From a phage, in the sequence record PX068454.1: DNA of 64,000 bases. One strand, written 5' to 3'. Positions 27,791 to 37,134 of this stretch are shown here, piece after piece; positions within the stretch are counted from its first letter, which is position 1, and each line of letters opens with the position of its first letter. The notes beneath the pieces were generated by a model. It searched no databases, was not told the DNA's origin, and saw only the letters and a list, made by a program, of their open reading frames with translations. The position numbers and the translations under genes are program-made.

Positions 27791-30700
27791 TTAGTCATGA
27801 GACTCGTTCCAAGGTCCCTGGAAGCTAGAGTTTGAACGACTAACTATTACGGTTGGACAAGATATTGTAACCCCTGTCACACTTGACGTTGACCATGGTG
27901 TGTAAATCTCGACGATAATGTCTATAGTTTGTTCACCAAGACCTGTTATCCCTACCGCACACATGCCGTTGTTGTCGTTTCCGTACTTCTTGCCTGCAAG
28001 GATTTGATGTCCGGCTATCCAAACGTTAAGCTGGGAGCTGGCAAGAGTACCATTCAGTTTAAAGAAGAATGTTACGTTCTTACCCTGACCTGAAACGTTA
28101 TCTACATATCTCCACCTCCAACGGCAAACCCTTTGCTGGGAGTTGTATACTGGAGCACAATCTCCGTAAGTCCTGTGTGCAACAATCGCACCTTCGAACT
28201 GGTTAGCACGGATAACGGAAGCTTCTACACGTCCACGGAATGTACCTCCTGTTGCATCTATGGTTCCTCTAAAGCTACCATTGTTGGCATAAACATCTCC
28301 ACGGAAGGTGCCACTGGTAGCGTTAACTGCCCCTGTGAAGTTACCTGCACTAGCGTTGATGTTACCTTTCACCCACACATCCATAAACTGGGCGTGCCCG
28401 TTCTTGTTAATATACCAACCGTATTTGTGGTACCCATTGCCATCGTAGTTGTTTGACGAAATTTCTTGTGCGATCTTGGCAGATGAAATCGTCCCGTTCT
28501 CTATAAAAGCATCTTTCAAGAACGCTTGGTTGTTCTTGATTGCGAAAGCAAGGGTTGCTGTTCCATTTCCAGGGTTGTATACCGCAAAATTGTTTGCACT
28601 AACCATGAAGTAGGATTGAACTTGGCCTCCAGACCCTTCCATCCCCAACTGGATACCTGCAACATATTTATTCCCTGCGGAGTCTACCTGTATTTTTGTG
28701 CCCCATTGAGCATTTACTTTACCCTCTAAGTCGGTTACAGCCTTAGATGTTGTAGCTACTGCAGCCCTGATCTCGGACACATCCCCAACATCATCAATGA
28801 TCTCCTGCTTAGCAACAGCAAGTTCTTGACGAATAGCTGACGCTGTGCCGTTGATAAGGTCCACAGTAGCTTTGTTGGTATCGGAAATTGTAGCATCCAG
28901 CGCTGTTTTTGTGGAAGTCAGTTTTCCATCCAAAGCATCAATCGCCTGCTTGTTGGTAGAAATCTCCCCACGTGCAGAAGTTATCTGCTCTGACAGTGCA
29001 GATGTTTTCTGATTCAACAAGTCAGTGGTGGCCTTGTTGGTATTGGCAATCAAGGTGTTGAGGTCAGTTTTTGCGGTGGTTATCTTGCCATCCAGGGTGG
29101 TATAGTTTTTAGATACCGTCGCGTTTGTCTGACTGATCTTTTGATCCAGAGTTTCAGATGTCCTGTTCAAAAGATCCACAGTTGCCTGGTTAGTGCTCAA
29201 GATGCTTGCGTCAAGTTCTGTTCTCTGAGTATTGATCTTACCATCCAGAGTTTTATCTCCGGCTAAATACCCGCTCTCAACTCCCTCTATCTGCTCTACC
29301 AGCTCACCTTTGGCGGCAACCAATTTCTCATCTAAAGCCTCTGTCTTTTTGTTCAGAAGATCAGCAGTTGCTTTATTGGTTGTCTCGATCAGAGATGCCA
29401 GTCTGCCACTTTCAGTGTTCAGATCGTTGGTGAATTTGTTCTGTGCAGCAACAAGTTTCCTATCCAGCGCTGTAATGTTACCATTGACATCTTCAAACTT
29501 CTGAGTTGTTTCTGTAACTACCGCACCTATTCTGTCCCCAAGTTGTTGGAACGCTTCATCTACCCTACCATCCATGTACCTGTTAAGTTCTGTGACACGA
29601 TTTTCAACCTCTTCAATAGAGGAATCCAAAGTGCTCATCAACTCTTTATAAGTTTCTGTCTTTTTGAATTCAGCATCTATCTGAGGCATCAAATCCTCAA
29701 TAGAGGTATAGCAGCGTGCAGCGCATTCTACAAACTGAGAGCTACCAAAAGCGTTTGTGGTTCGAATATACCAATAATAAACCTTATCGTTCTGCAGACC
29801 TTCAGATGTCCAAGTCGAACCAACACCCATACGGGTGGCTTCTGAAGTAACGGTTGCATCACTAGTGTCTGGCAACCTTGTCATACCAGATGTCCAAAAG
29901 TCATACTGGGTGCTTACACTTGCTAAATCCCTGCTGTGTGGAATCAAGGTGATAGCAAAGTATCCTTGCTTAACCTCTACAGAAACAGGAGCTTCAGGTG
30001 CCTGAATGTTAAACTCGCAGTACGCTTCTGGAGATACACCACCTTTATAAGATGTTGCAACCACGGTTGCTGTGTATGACCCTTTGGTCAAGCCTTCTAC
30101 TCTGACAAACTGCTCAACTGTCTGTGCTGTCCAAACAATCTCTCCGTTCTTTCTTACCTGCACAATATTTTGAGCGTAAGTTCCAACGTTGTCCCAAGCC
30201 AAAACACCGTGAGTTACTTCCCCAGCTTGGAGAACGGAGTATCTGAAGTTTTGCGGTTGAGCTACACCGGATGGGGATATCGGAATATCTACATCGCCGG
30301 AATCCGGAAGTTGCCCTGTGGCATCATTCCACTCTTTAGCATCTTGACGAAGTTTTACCTTGACACCGCCCTTTTTGGTGAACTCCCATTCAAGAACCCT
30401 CATTTCTTGGCCCACTATACCAATACTTGGGAGATTCATTGTAACGTAACGGCCAGGTTTAAATTTAAAACCTCGCATATTGCAGGTGACTTCAATAATC
30501 CTGCCAGCTCTAGCACGTCTTAAAAATATTGCAGAAACACGCTGAGCTTGATAAGGGCTGGTAACAAAGCGGTAGTCTATATCGATTATCTTTCTTTCTC
30601 CATCCTTCTCTATCCACTCTGGGACAAACACTGATGGAAAATCTGTTTCAGAATACCCTTTGGTCGGACTGGTGAATCTGCCAGTTATTGTGTTGGATCT

Positions 30701-31630
30701 TTTGTCAAACGAGGCTTCCGGATAGATCTTAACCTCACCACAGACACAGTCCTCACTCAGTGTCATTGTTGCCGGACCATAATATGCACCTACCAGCAGT
30801 CCATACTTACCAGCTACATAGCTGAGATCTGCACCACAAGCTTTCAGCATTTCTGCCATAATACTTGCTGGGGCCTCATCCATATCGAACTCGCCATTAA
30901 TGGTGTAACGGCGCTCACTAGTTCCGTCCGCGTTTCTTACCGCCTCATCGCATATGTTAGCAGCCTCCTTGAAGGACTCCCAGTTGATGGTTTCGTCAGG
31001 ACATTTAAGGTACGTTCTTAAATAGTCTAGAATCACCAAGGCCGCGTTATTGGTATACACCTCTTTACTGATACGAGGATCATAGCATTTTTTACCAACC
31101 TTGACGAGTGTAACGTTTGGCAACCCAAAAGGGAACTTGTTAGGGTCAAACCTGAAGCTGGCACGTAGCCAACTGATCCCTCTACCTATCATGTCTGGTG
31201 ACCACGACGGGCAGTGTGTACCCATGAAAGGATCAGATGTTTTTCTGTCGTTATGTAGCTCCCACGATATCAAATCTCCATACGAGGAAATAGGATTACC
31301 GTCGATGAGTATATCTTCTATACCTTCCAGGGGATGATTGGCAAGAACAATAGCACAATGGAGGGTCCTGTCCCTGTCCTGCTCCAAAAACGCAAGTAAT
31401 CCAGATGTGCGTGTCTTCCCATACACTACAGAGCAAGGTGCAGCAGAAGATCTGAGAAGCTTTTGTCTATCTTGCTGACTTCTGTAAGATTTGTTGCCCT
31501 CAAAAATCTTATCCAGAGTTCTGGTGGTAACAGTGTTCAGGCTGTCAGCCAGAGCTGCCTTGGATGCGTTCCAGTCATAACTTGAAGATCTTGCAGAAGC
31601 AACGATGTTATCAATCATTGCAATTGGCAT
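27791..31630 (-). CDS. central tail fibre / host-specificity J-like protein with coiled-coil repeat region
   Basis: 1279 aa; N-terminal region resembles tip-attachment J-type proteins; tandem repeats LDGK...TNKAT.DLLN; C-terminal G(T/S)FRG repeats. Confidence 0.7.
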   Translation of the reverse strand: MPIAMIDNIVASARSSSYDWNASKAALADSLNTVTTRTLDKIFEGNKSYRSQQDRQKLLRSSAAPCSVVYGKTRTSGLLAFLEQDRDRTLHCAIVLANHPLEGIEDILIDGNPISSYGDLISWELHNDRKTSDPFMGTHCPSWSPDMIGRGISWLRASFRFDPNKFPFGLPNVTLVKVGKKCYDPRISKEVYTNNAALVILDYLRTYLKCPDETINWESFKEAANICDEAVRNADGTSERRYTINGEFDMDEAPASIMAEMLKACGADLSYVAGKYGLLVGAYYGPATMTLSEDCVCGEVKIYPEASFDKRSNTITGRFTSPTKGYSETDFPSVFVPEWIEKDGERKIIDIDYRFVTSPYQAQRVSAIFLRRARAGRIIEVTCNMRGFKFKPGRYVTMNLPSIGIVGQEMRVLEWEFTKKGGVKVKLRQDAKEWNDATGQLPDSGDVDIPISPSGVAQPQNFRYSVLQAGEVTHGVLAWDNVGTYAQNIVQVRKNGEIVWTAQTVEQFVRVEGLTKGSYTATVVATSYKGGVSPEAYCEFNIQAPEAPVSVEVKQGYFAITLIPHSRDLASVSTQYDFWTSGMTRLPDTSDATVTSEATRMGVGSTWTSEGLQNDKVYYWYIRTTNAFGSSQFVECAARCYTSIEDLMPQIDAEFKKTETYKELMSTLDSSIEEVENRVTELNRYMDGRVDEAFQQLGDRIGAVVTETTQKFEDVNGNITALDRKLVAAQNKFTNDLNTESGRLASLIETTNKATADLLNKKTEALDEKLVAAKGELVEQIEGVESGYLAGDKTLDGKINTQRTELDASILSTNQATVDLLNRTSETLDQKISQTNATVSKNYTTLDGKITTAKTDLNTLIANTNKATTDLLNQKTSALSEQITSARGEISTNKQAIDALDGKLTSTKTALDATISDTNKATVDLINGTASAIRQELAVAKQEIIDDVGDVSEIRAAVATTSKAVTDLEGKVNAQWGTKIQVDSAGNKYVAGIQLGMEGSGGQVQSYFMVSANNFAVYNPGNGTATLAFAIKNNQAFLKDAFIENGTISSAKIAQEISSNNYDGNGYHKYGWYINKNGHAQFMDVWVKGNINASAGNFTGAVNATSGTFRGDVYANNGSFRGTIDATGGTFRGRVEASVIRANQFEGAIVAHRTYGDCAPVYNSQQRVCRWRWRYVDNVSGQGKNVTFFFKLNGTLASSQLNVWIAGHQILAGKKYGNDNNGMCAVGITGLGEQTIDIIVEIYTPWSTSSVTGVTISCPTVIVSRSNSSFQGPWNESHD
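28825..29473 (-). repeat. in-frame tandem repeats encoding about four coiled-coil units of roughly 50 aa
   Basis: Protein residues about 720-935 of the J-like gene; DNA shows matching periodic similarity. Confidence 0.5.
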
Positions 31631-32067
31631 TAATACCTCCAGACATCAACAACAATAGAATCTTTCATGTCGAACATAAAGACCCCTTTATCACCTTTCG
31701 CCCAAATCTGGTTGTTCCAGAACACACCCGCGGTGAGTCCGTTCAGTCCTTCGAAAATAACAATATCCCCACGCTGAACCTGTTTAGGAGTGTCCAGTCG
31801 AGTCATAAAGAAATCAAAAATAGTAGGCAGGTGTGTGGTTTTGAAATGAAGCATGCACCATCTCTTGCTTTCCAACTCTGTTTTATACGTTCCTTCGAAG
31901 TTAGAAAGAAAATCTGTTCCGTATTGGGCATCAACACACTTAGCCGCAAAGGTGCAACAATCGTGGAATCCCCATTCAAAAGGTATGGTGGCCTCTTCGT
32001 CAAACACTTTCCACAACCTTTCTTGCCAGTCCACTAGACGAGGATGTGTGCTCATTAAACCTCCCAA
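31630..32067 (-). CDS. tail assembly protein, possible papain-like (NlpC/P60-type) fold
   Basis: 145 aa; GFHDCCTF candidate catalytic Cys, later His residues; immediately upstream of J-like gene. Confidence 0.4.
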   Translation of the reverse strand: MGGLMSTHPRLVDWQERLWKVFDEEATIPFEWGFHDCCTFAAKCVDAQYGTDFLSNFEGTYKTELESKRWCMLHFKTTHLPTIFDFFMTRLDTPKQVQRGDIVIFEGLNGLTAGVFWNNQIWAKGDKGVFMFDMKDSIVVDVWRY

Positions 32068-32621
32068 ATGATCGGGCGGCTCGCCACCTGATCCACATAT
32101 TTAAAAAATCTGTCGTTATCGTTTCTTGAGCTGTGGCTTTCCTCCGTGTACCGATAAGGAAAACCTCTTAACCAGCTGTTGAAGATGGAAGAGATGGATA
32201 TGGACAAAGCACTATTCTCTCCTGTCTGGATAGCCATATCTGTTATAAGGCCGTCAAACAAGCCATTAGTTGTGACAGGCAGACCATTCTCCATAGCGGT
32301 AATGTACAACGTGGCACGACAACCAGAATACTCCGTCTTCAGCAGATCACCCACATACTTAGGATCAAACCCGTTCAATGTTGCTACCACAGATCCGAAG
32401 TTGGTGGCATCTTTCTCAGACACAGCGGTCAATGTTGCTGATCCGCCTATCCCTATAAAATGTTGACCCTCAATTACTACAACACCAGTGCCTGAGCACA
32501 CCCTGACAGTACCTGTCGGTAGCTCCAGCTTTGCAGCAATTAAGATCTCAACACCATCAAGCTCTAGCTTTTCAAGAAATAAATTATCTAATGGCGCTCT
32601 GATCATCTTAGAAATCCTCAA
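32055..32621 (-). CDS. tail tip/assembly protein
   Basis: 188-aa ORF, overlapping junctions in tail operon. Confidence 0.5.
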   Translation of the reverse strand: MRISKMIRAPLDNLFLEKLELDGVEILIAAKLELPTGTVRVCSGTGVVVIEGQHFIGIGGSATLTAVSEKDATNFGSVVATLNGFDPKYVGDLLKTEYSGCRATLYITAMENGLPVTTNGLFDGLITDMAIQTGENSALSISISSIFNSWLRGFPYRYTEESHSSRNDNDRFFKYVDQVASRPIIWEV

Positions 32622-33198
32622 AGAAGTTGATAACTATATTATCACCTTTTTGCATAGCATCGACTTTTTGCTTAATTTTATAAATATCTCTGATATGGAA
32701 CCTACCCTTCGGGGATTGAGTTATTATCTTCATAGTGTCCCCTGCGGCAATAGGTTTTCTAAGTCTTGGAGATATGCTTATAACAGCAGACCCAACACCA
32801 TCACTACGCACTGGAGCTGTTACCACTTTCAATTCATCATTGACAGATATTTTATCCCCAGCTCTGGCTATGTCTCTGTTTGGCTCCCATCCGACCGTAT
32901 TCAAAAAATCGTCGTTGCCAGTAGGCCCAAGGGCGATTGGCTCATTAGCTGTTACTGAGTGACCGTAAGTTTTAATGAGAAAGATGTTCCCATCTTTATA
33001 CACCTGATCAACAAAGCTTTTAAGCTCTAGCAACTGTGACTCGCTGATATTGGAGACCGTCAAAGTGCCTTTCCAGTTAGGTGTGGCATAGGTTACTTTT
33101 TGCGTCTTACCTGTAAACGGACTTTTAAACGTAACAATATCTGCCAGCAGCTCCAATCTAATATCTGGAAGGTATCTAGGCCTTTCCCATAAAAACAT
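32608..33198 (-). CDS. tail protein
   Basis: 196-aa ORF. Confidence 0.5.
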   Translation of the reverse strand: MFLWERPRYLPDIRLELLADIVTFKSPFTGKTQKVTYATPNWKGTLTVSNISESQLLELKSFVDQVYKDGNIFLIKTYGHSVTANEPIALGPTGNDDFLNTVGWEPNRDIARAGDKISVNDELKVVTAPVRSDGVGSAVISISPRLRKPIAAGDTMKIITQSPKGRFHIRDIYKIKQKVDAMQKGDNIVINFFEDF

Positions 33199-33260
33199 TG
33201 TGCCTCCAGGTTAAACAATCATGATAGTTATTTTACCAGATTTTGAGTTAATACGCAATA

Positions 33261-33290
33261 CAAACAAAAAGCCCCCGCCGAAGCGAGGGC
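33261..33290 (-). terminator. rho-independent terminator, GAAG/UUCG-loop hairpin variant
   Basis: GCCCCCGCCGAAGCGAGGGC hairpin then T-rich tract on minus strand after fibre gene stop. Confidence 0.55.
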
Positions 33291-33297
33291 AAAACAG

Positions 33298-36200
33298 TTA
33301 CTTCAATTTCTCTTGCAATCCAGTAACAACCTCTGTCAATTTTTTAACCTGCTCCTCAAGGGCGGTTATTTTATCGTCCTGTTCCCTGCAAACCTGGACA
33401 AGCAAGCCTGTTACAGCTGCGTAGTCAACGTTATAGAACCTTTCCTCAGTCATTAAAGGAATGCCGTCTTGAGTAGGACCTTCTATTTCCTTCCTTTTCA
33501 CGAAAGATCCTACTGCCTCTGGCAATGCTTCCATAACCTCTTGAGCAATCACGCCTGCATAAGGCATACCATTCTCTTTCAAGGTGTAGGTATAGCCTTT
33601 CATCTTTCTAATTGCTTCCAGAGCGTTAGGTATGACCTCTATGTTATCCTTCAGGTCCCTATCGGAACTTTGACTAACAGTAGTACATTCTACCGTGCCG
33701 TTGACAGCAAAATATCTTGATTTAGCCTCATCTGCCTTAGCACCACAGTGGAATACCCAGCTGGCGACTGTTGAGTTATCACTTATCTGAAACTCCAGCA
33801 CATTCTTCCTATCTGCGCCATTACCCCAATAGTACAACCTACCTGTATTAGAAGGCATGTTGGAAGTGTTGGTAACATCCGTACCACCACCTGTGTGTAT
33901 TGTGAACTCCGGTTCAAGATTGGATCCTTGAGTTTTTAAAGTGATACCTTTACCACCAAGCTGCTGCCAATGGCCCCATGTGAAAACACCACCTATCGTT
34001 GTTCCATAACGCAGGAATTTTTCTCCAAGATATGTCGTATATTCCTGTACGCAACTCTCTGGAACGTTGGCATAGTTTCTGTAGACAACGAGAGTACCTG
34101 CCTGGGAGCATGGGTAGTTTTTATCAAGTGCGGCCTGAGCATTAGCCTCCTGATGATAAAAACCCTCTCTATCCCCTTTGTAGTCGTTAAGGTCATTAGT
34201 CCCCAGCCCTTGACCACGGTGCTGAATAACTTTGTTCCATGCCCTATGGTTACCACCCTCGATAGATCTGGTGTATAGCTGATCAAGGCGACCAGCCATT
34301 TGGAAGGCATAGTTTCCAGAAAACGCCACAGACAGCCCACCAACAACCATCGAACCTTCAGGTCCGTTGACATTGCCTGCCATTATTTTAGAAGGGTTGT
34401 TAGGACCAAACTGGTTGTTCCAGTCTGCACCAGTATGGCATACAAAACCACCTGGAGCTGAGAAAGTACCATCCTTGTTGAAGTTGTAGAATCTATGAGC
34501 TGTGCCTACAACATCGCGAACAATAACTTGACCAGCTTCCGGAGTAGATCTGAACTCTGCCTGGCCTTTGAGACCAGCACCATTACCGCATTTAGAGGTA
34601 AACGTACCGTTAGTCAGATCCTCTGTCCCATCAGATGCACACTGGAATCCTGCATTAGAGAATAACGCCTTTCTAGGACTGCCGTAGCACAAATAGTCAA
34701 GACCGTCTGCCCATAGCTCGACTTTTGGCATATTCATTTTGCTCATCACAGCATAGCGTTCAGCAGTGCCTATATAGTGCCACTGTGTGCCGCCGCCAGT
34801 GTAGAACCCTGAAGTACCTTTAAAATCAACAATAGGTCTGGTATTGGTGTTGTTATCTCCAAGAATGGCAAGATTCAAATCTGCTGACTGAAGAGGTGCA
34901 ACGAACTTAACCCCATCCTGATTGTCTGTTACAGAGCCAACCTGGTAATCTTGCTCTCTGGTAAACACTTCGACAACATTTCTACTTGCGTATATGCTGA
35001 CAGGGAAAGCACGAGCCTCTACATAGAAAGCAACATACTCTTGTTTACCCCTTGTTGGAGCAACCATCCCAAGAAGTGCTTTTTCATTCTGGTAGAAATT
35101 TACTACCCCGTAGAAAGCGTCCCCTCTGTCTGTCCAACCACCAGTTCTATAGTGACACTGTAAGGTAGCACAGTTCATAGGGTCACCGCCGGATGACGAT
35201 CTGGTAACTATGGTAATATCAGTGCCAGTTGCTGGAGCATAGTACGGATCTGTTCTAACGATAATTGGGTAGTATTTCCCATCTTCCATCCCTGCGGTTC
35301 TTGGCAGTGTTAAGAAGTCTTTTACACCTGCTGCTATAGGAACTTTGAACAGATTCTGAGCATCTGCTAAAGTTGTGGCTCCAGTACCACCTGCGGCGTG
35401 AGGTAAAGGTTCCCACTTGGCCTTCCGGTTGTTATAAACACCCCATTCCAAACTGCCGTTACCGGATTCGTCCATCCCGCCATCCCAGATAACCATCTTG
35501 GCGGCTTTCTTGGACCCCCAAAAGCCTCTTTCTGCTCCTGAACTACGGATCCACTCCCCAAGTCCCCAGTTTGTCAGCTGACCAGTAAGATCCCCAACCT
35601 GCATATATTTAGGACAGTCTAATACACCGTCCTCGCGGAAACCTAAATATCTATGAGTTTCAGATCCTTTTGCACCTTTGTGGAGGTGGATTGTCAACCA
35701 AGCCTTATTGTCGTTTCTTACCTCAGAATAGATCCTATAACCATGCTCAAGAATACCATCAGTATTATATTTATCTCCATGGAGAATACCTGAGGCCGAT
35801 TTAACATCTCCAGAGTATTGAGCTAAGTAAAGGTGCCCGAAGGCTGGCGAGTTGTTTTTACCAAGGCCGATATGAGATCTGAAAGTATCATCGTTACGAG
35901 GTCTGACCATCGGCTGCCATGCAGTCCACTGGTTTGTGTTGGCCTGATAGGTTCTCAAATACCAAACATCTACGTTAGAAAATGGATAGTATTCCTGACG
36001 ACAACCTGTACCGCCGTTAGCATTGTTCTGCCAAACAATCAAGTGACCAGCACCAGAACCTGCAGGGTAACCATTTGCCTCAGTTGCATAAGCAGTCATC
36101 GGCTGGTAGTATACGCCATCCTGATTACCAGTCAAGTTATTGATATTGAAATTTGGCTCAAGGGCTGCACGTTGCTTATAGAAAGCACCGATATTGATAC

Positions 36201-37098
36201 GGACTCCAGCGGCATCTCTAGCCCCTGTGCCGCCTTGCTCTATAGCAAGAGGTTGCCACGAAGCTGTTTGTTGGTTCCACATACCCCAACGGCCTGTTGC
36301 GTCAAGCTGCAAGTACCCTGCCGTGTTTAAATCATCTCCAGCACGGATAACTGTTCTTGTTGGGTTATTTGCCTCTAGGCGTTTAAATTCATCACGAAGT
36401 GCTATTCTTTTTGTTGTTGCTACACCGTTGGTTACTGCAATGGTATACATAGCTCCTGAGGTAGCGCCACGGAAAATACCATCAACAGTTGTAGTATCAC
36501 GACGAGATACCACACCGTTCAGAAATTTTTCACCAGCTGCTACAGAAGGGTAGTTGGTGGTTCTTCCCTCTTCAATAACTGCAGGGCCAACAAAGTTATC
36601 AAGGTGAATAACATCGCCTACGGTGTGCACTGTACCAAAATCTACACGCTGTGCAAGTGCTTTAGCATCGTTAGCTGTCTGAACAGTAACATCCATTACA
36701 TCCTGGACAGACTGCCCTTCGGCTGTCATGATCATAGATGCGCCAATGGTAGATTCCAGCTCCTCCCTTAAGGACGGGTCAGTATATACCATCCATGCAG
36801 CGTCAGTAATCCCACCATCGGAGTACGGTGAAGACAGTGCAGGAACAGTGTGTGGAAATTCGCCTTTCCAACGCAGGTAGAGGTCTTCCTCTTCGAAGTA
36901 GGCAAAATCCATTGGGCCGTTTAACTTACCACCTTCCTTAAAGGAGATTACATGAGAAACAGTCCCATCAACATGGACAACATCGCCAATTTTTACACGA
37001 CGGGTCAGGTCTGGTTGTTGAACAACCAGGTAATCATCCTCTGTCACTGCGGTAGTGGCAGGAAGAGATTCAATTCTGACAACTTTAATATCAGCCAT
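33298..37098 (-). CDS. long tail fibre with C-terminal S74-type intramolecular chaperone (self-cleaving) domain
   Basis: 1266 aa; C-terminal SDRDLKDNIEVI...GYTYTLKENG...GVIAQEV matches peptidase S74 auto-chaperone signature; N-terminus paralogous to 39734..40402. Confidence 0.8.
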   Translation of the reverse strand: MADIKVVRIESLPATTAVTEDDYLVVQQPDLTRRVKIGDVVHVDGTVSHVISFKEGGKLNGPMDFAYFEEEDLYLRWKGEFPHTVPALSSPYSDGGITDAAWMVYTDPSLREELESTIGASMIMTAEGQSVQDVMDVTVQTANDAKALAQRVDFGTVHTVGDVIHLDNFVGPAVIEEGRTTNYPSVAAGEKFLNGVVSRRDTTTVDGIFRGATSGAMYTIAVTNGVATTKRIALRDEFKRLEANNPTRTVIRAGDDLNTAGYLQLDATGRWGMWNQQTASWQPLAIEQGGTGARDAAGVRINIGAFYKQRAALEPNFNINNLTGNQDGVYYQPMTAYATEANGYPAGSGAGHLIVWQNNANGGTGCRQEYYPFSNVDVWYLRTYQANTNQWTAWQPMVRPRNDDTFRSHIGLGKNNSPAFGHLYLAQYSGDVKSASGILHGDKYNTDGILEHGYRIYSEVRNDNKAWLTIHLHKGAKGSETHRYLGFREDGVLDCPKYMQVGDLTGQLTNWGLGEWIRSSGAERGFWGSKKAAKMVIWDGGMDESGNGSLEWGVYNNRKAKWEPLPHAAGGTGATTLADAQNLFKVPIAAGVKDFLTLPRTAGMEDGKYYPIIVRTDPYYAPATGTDITIVTRSSSGGDPMNCATLQCHYRTGGWTDRGDAFYGVVNFYQNEKALLGMVAPTRGKQEYVAFYVEARAFPVSIYASRNVVEVFTREQDYQVGSVTDNQDGVKFVAPLQSADLNLAILGDNNTNTRPIVDFKGTSGFYTGGGTQWHYIGTAERYAVMSKMNMPKVELWADGLDYLCYGSPRKALFSNAGFQCASDGTEDLTNGTFTSKCGNGAGLKGQAEFRSTPEAGQVIVRDVVGTAHRFYNFNKDGTFSAPGGFVCHTGADWNNQFGPNNPSKIMAGNVNGPEGSMVVGGLSVAFSGNYAFQMAGRLDQLYTRSIEGGNHRAWNKVIQHRGQGLGTNDLNDYKGDREGFYHQEANAQAALDKNYPCSQAGTLVVYRNYANVPESCVQEYTTYLGEKFLRYGTTIGGVFTWGHWQQLGGKGITLKTQGSNLEPEFTIHTGGGTDVTNTSNMPSNTGRLYYWGNGADRKNVLEFQISDNSTVASWVFHCGAKADEAKSRYFAVNGTVECTTVSQSSDRDLKDNIEVIPNALEAIRKMKGYTYTLKENGMPYAGVIAQEVMEALPEAVGSFVKRKEIEGPTQDGIPLMTEERFYNVDYAAVTGLLVQVCREQDDKITALEEQVKKLTEVVTGLQEKLK

Positions 37099-37134
37099 TC
37101 TTTCTCCTGAAAGGGGGCAAACAGCCCCCCTATG

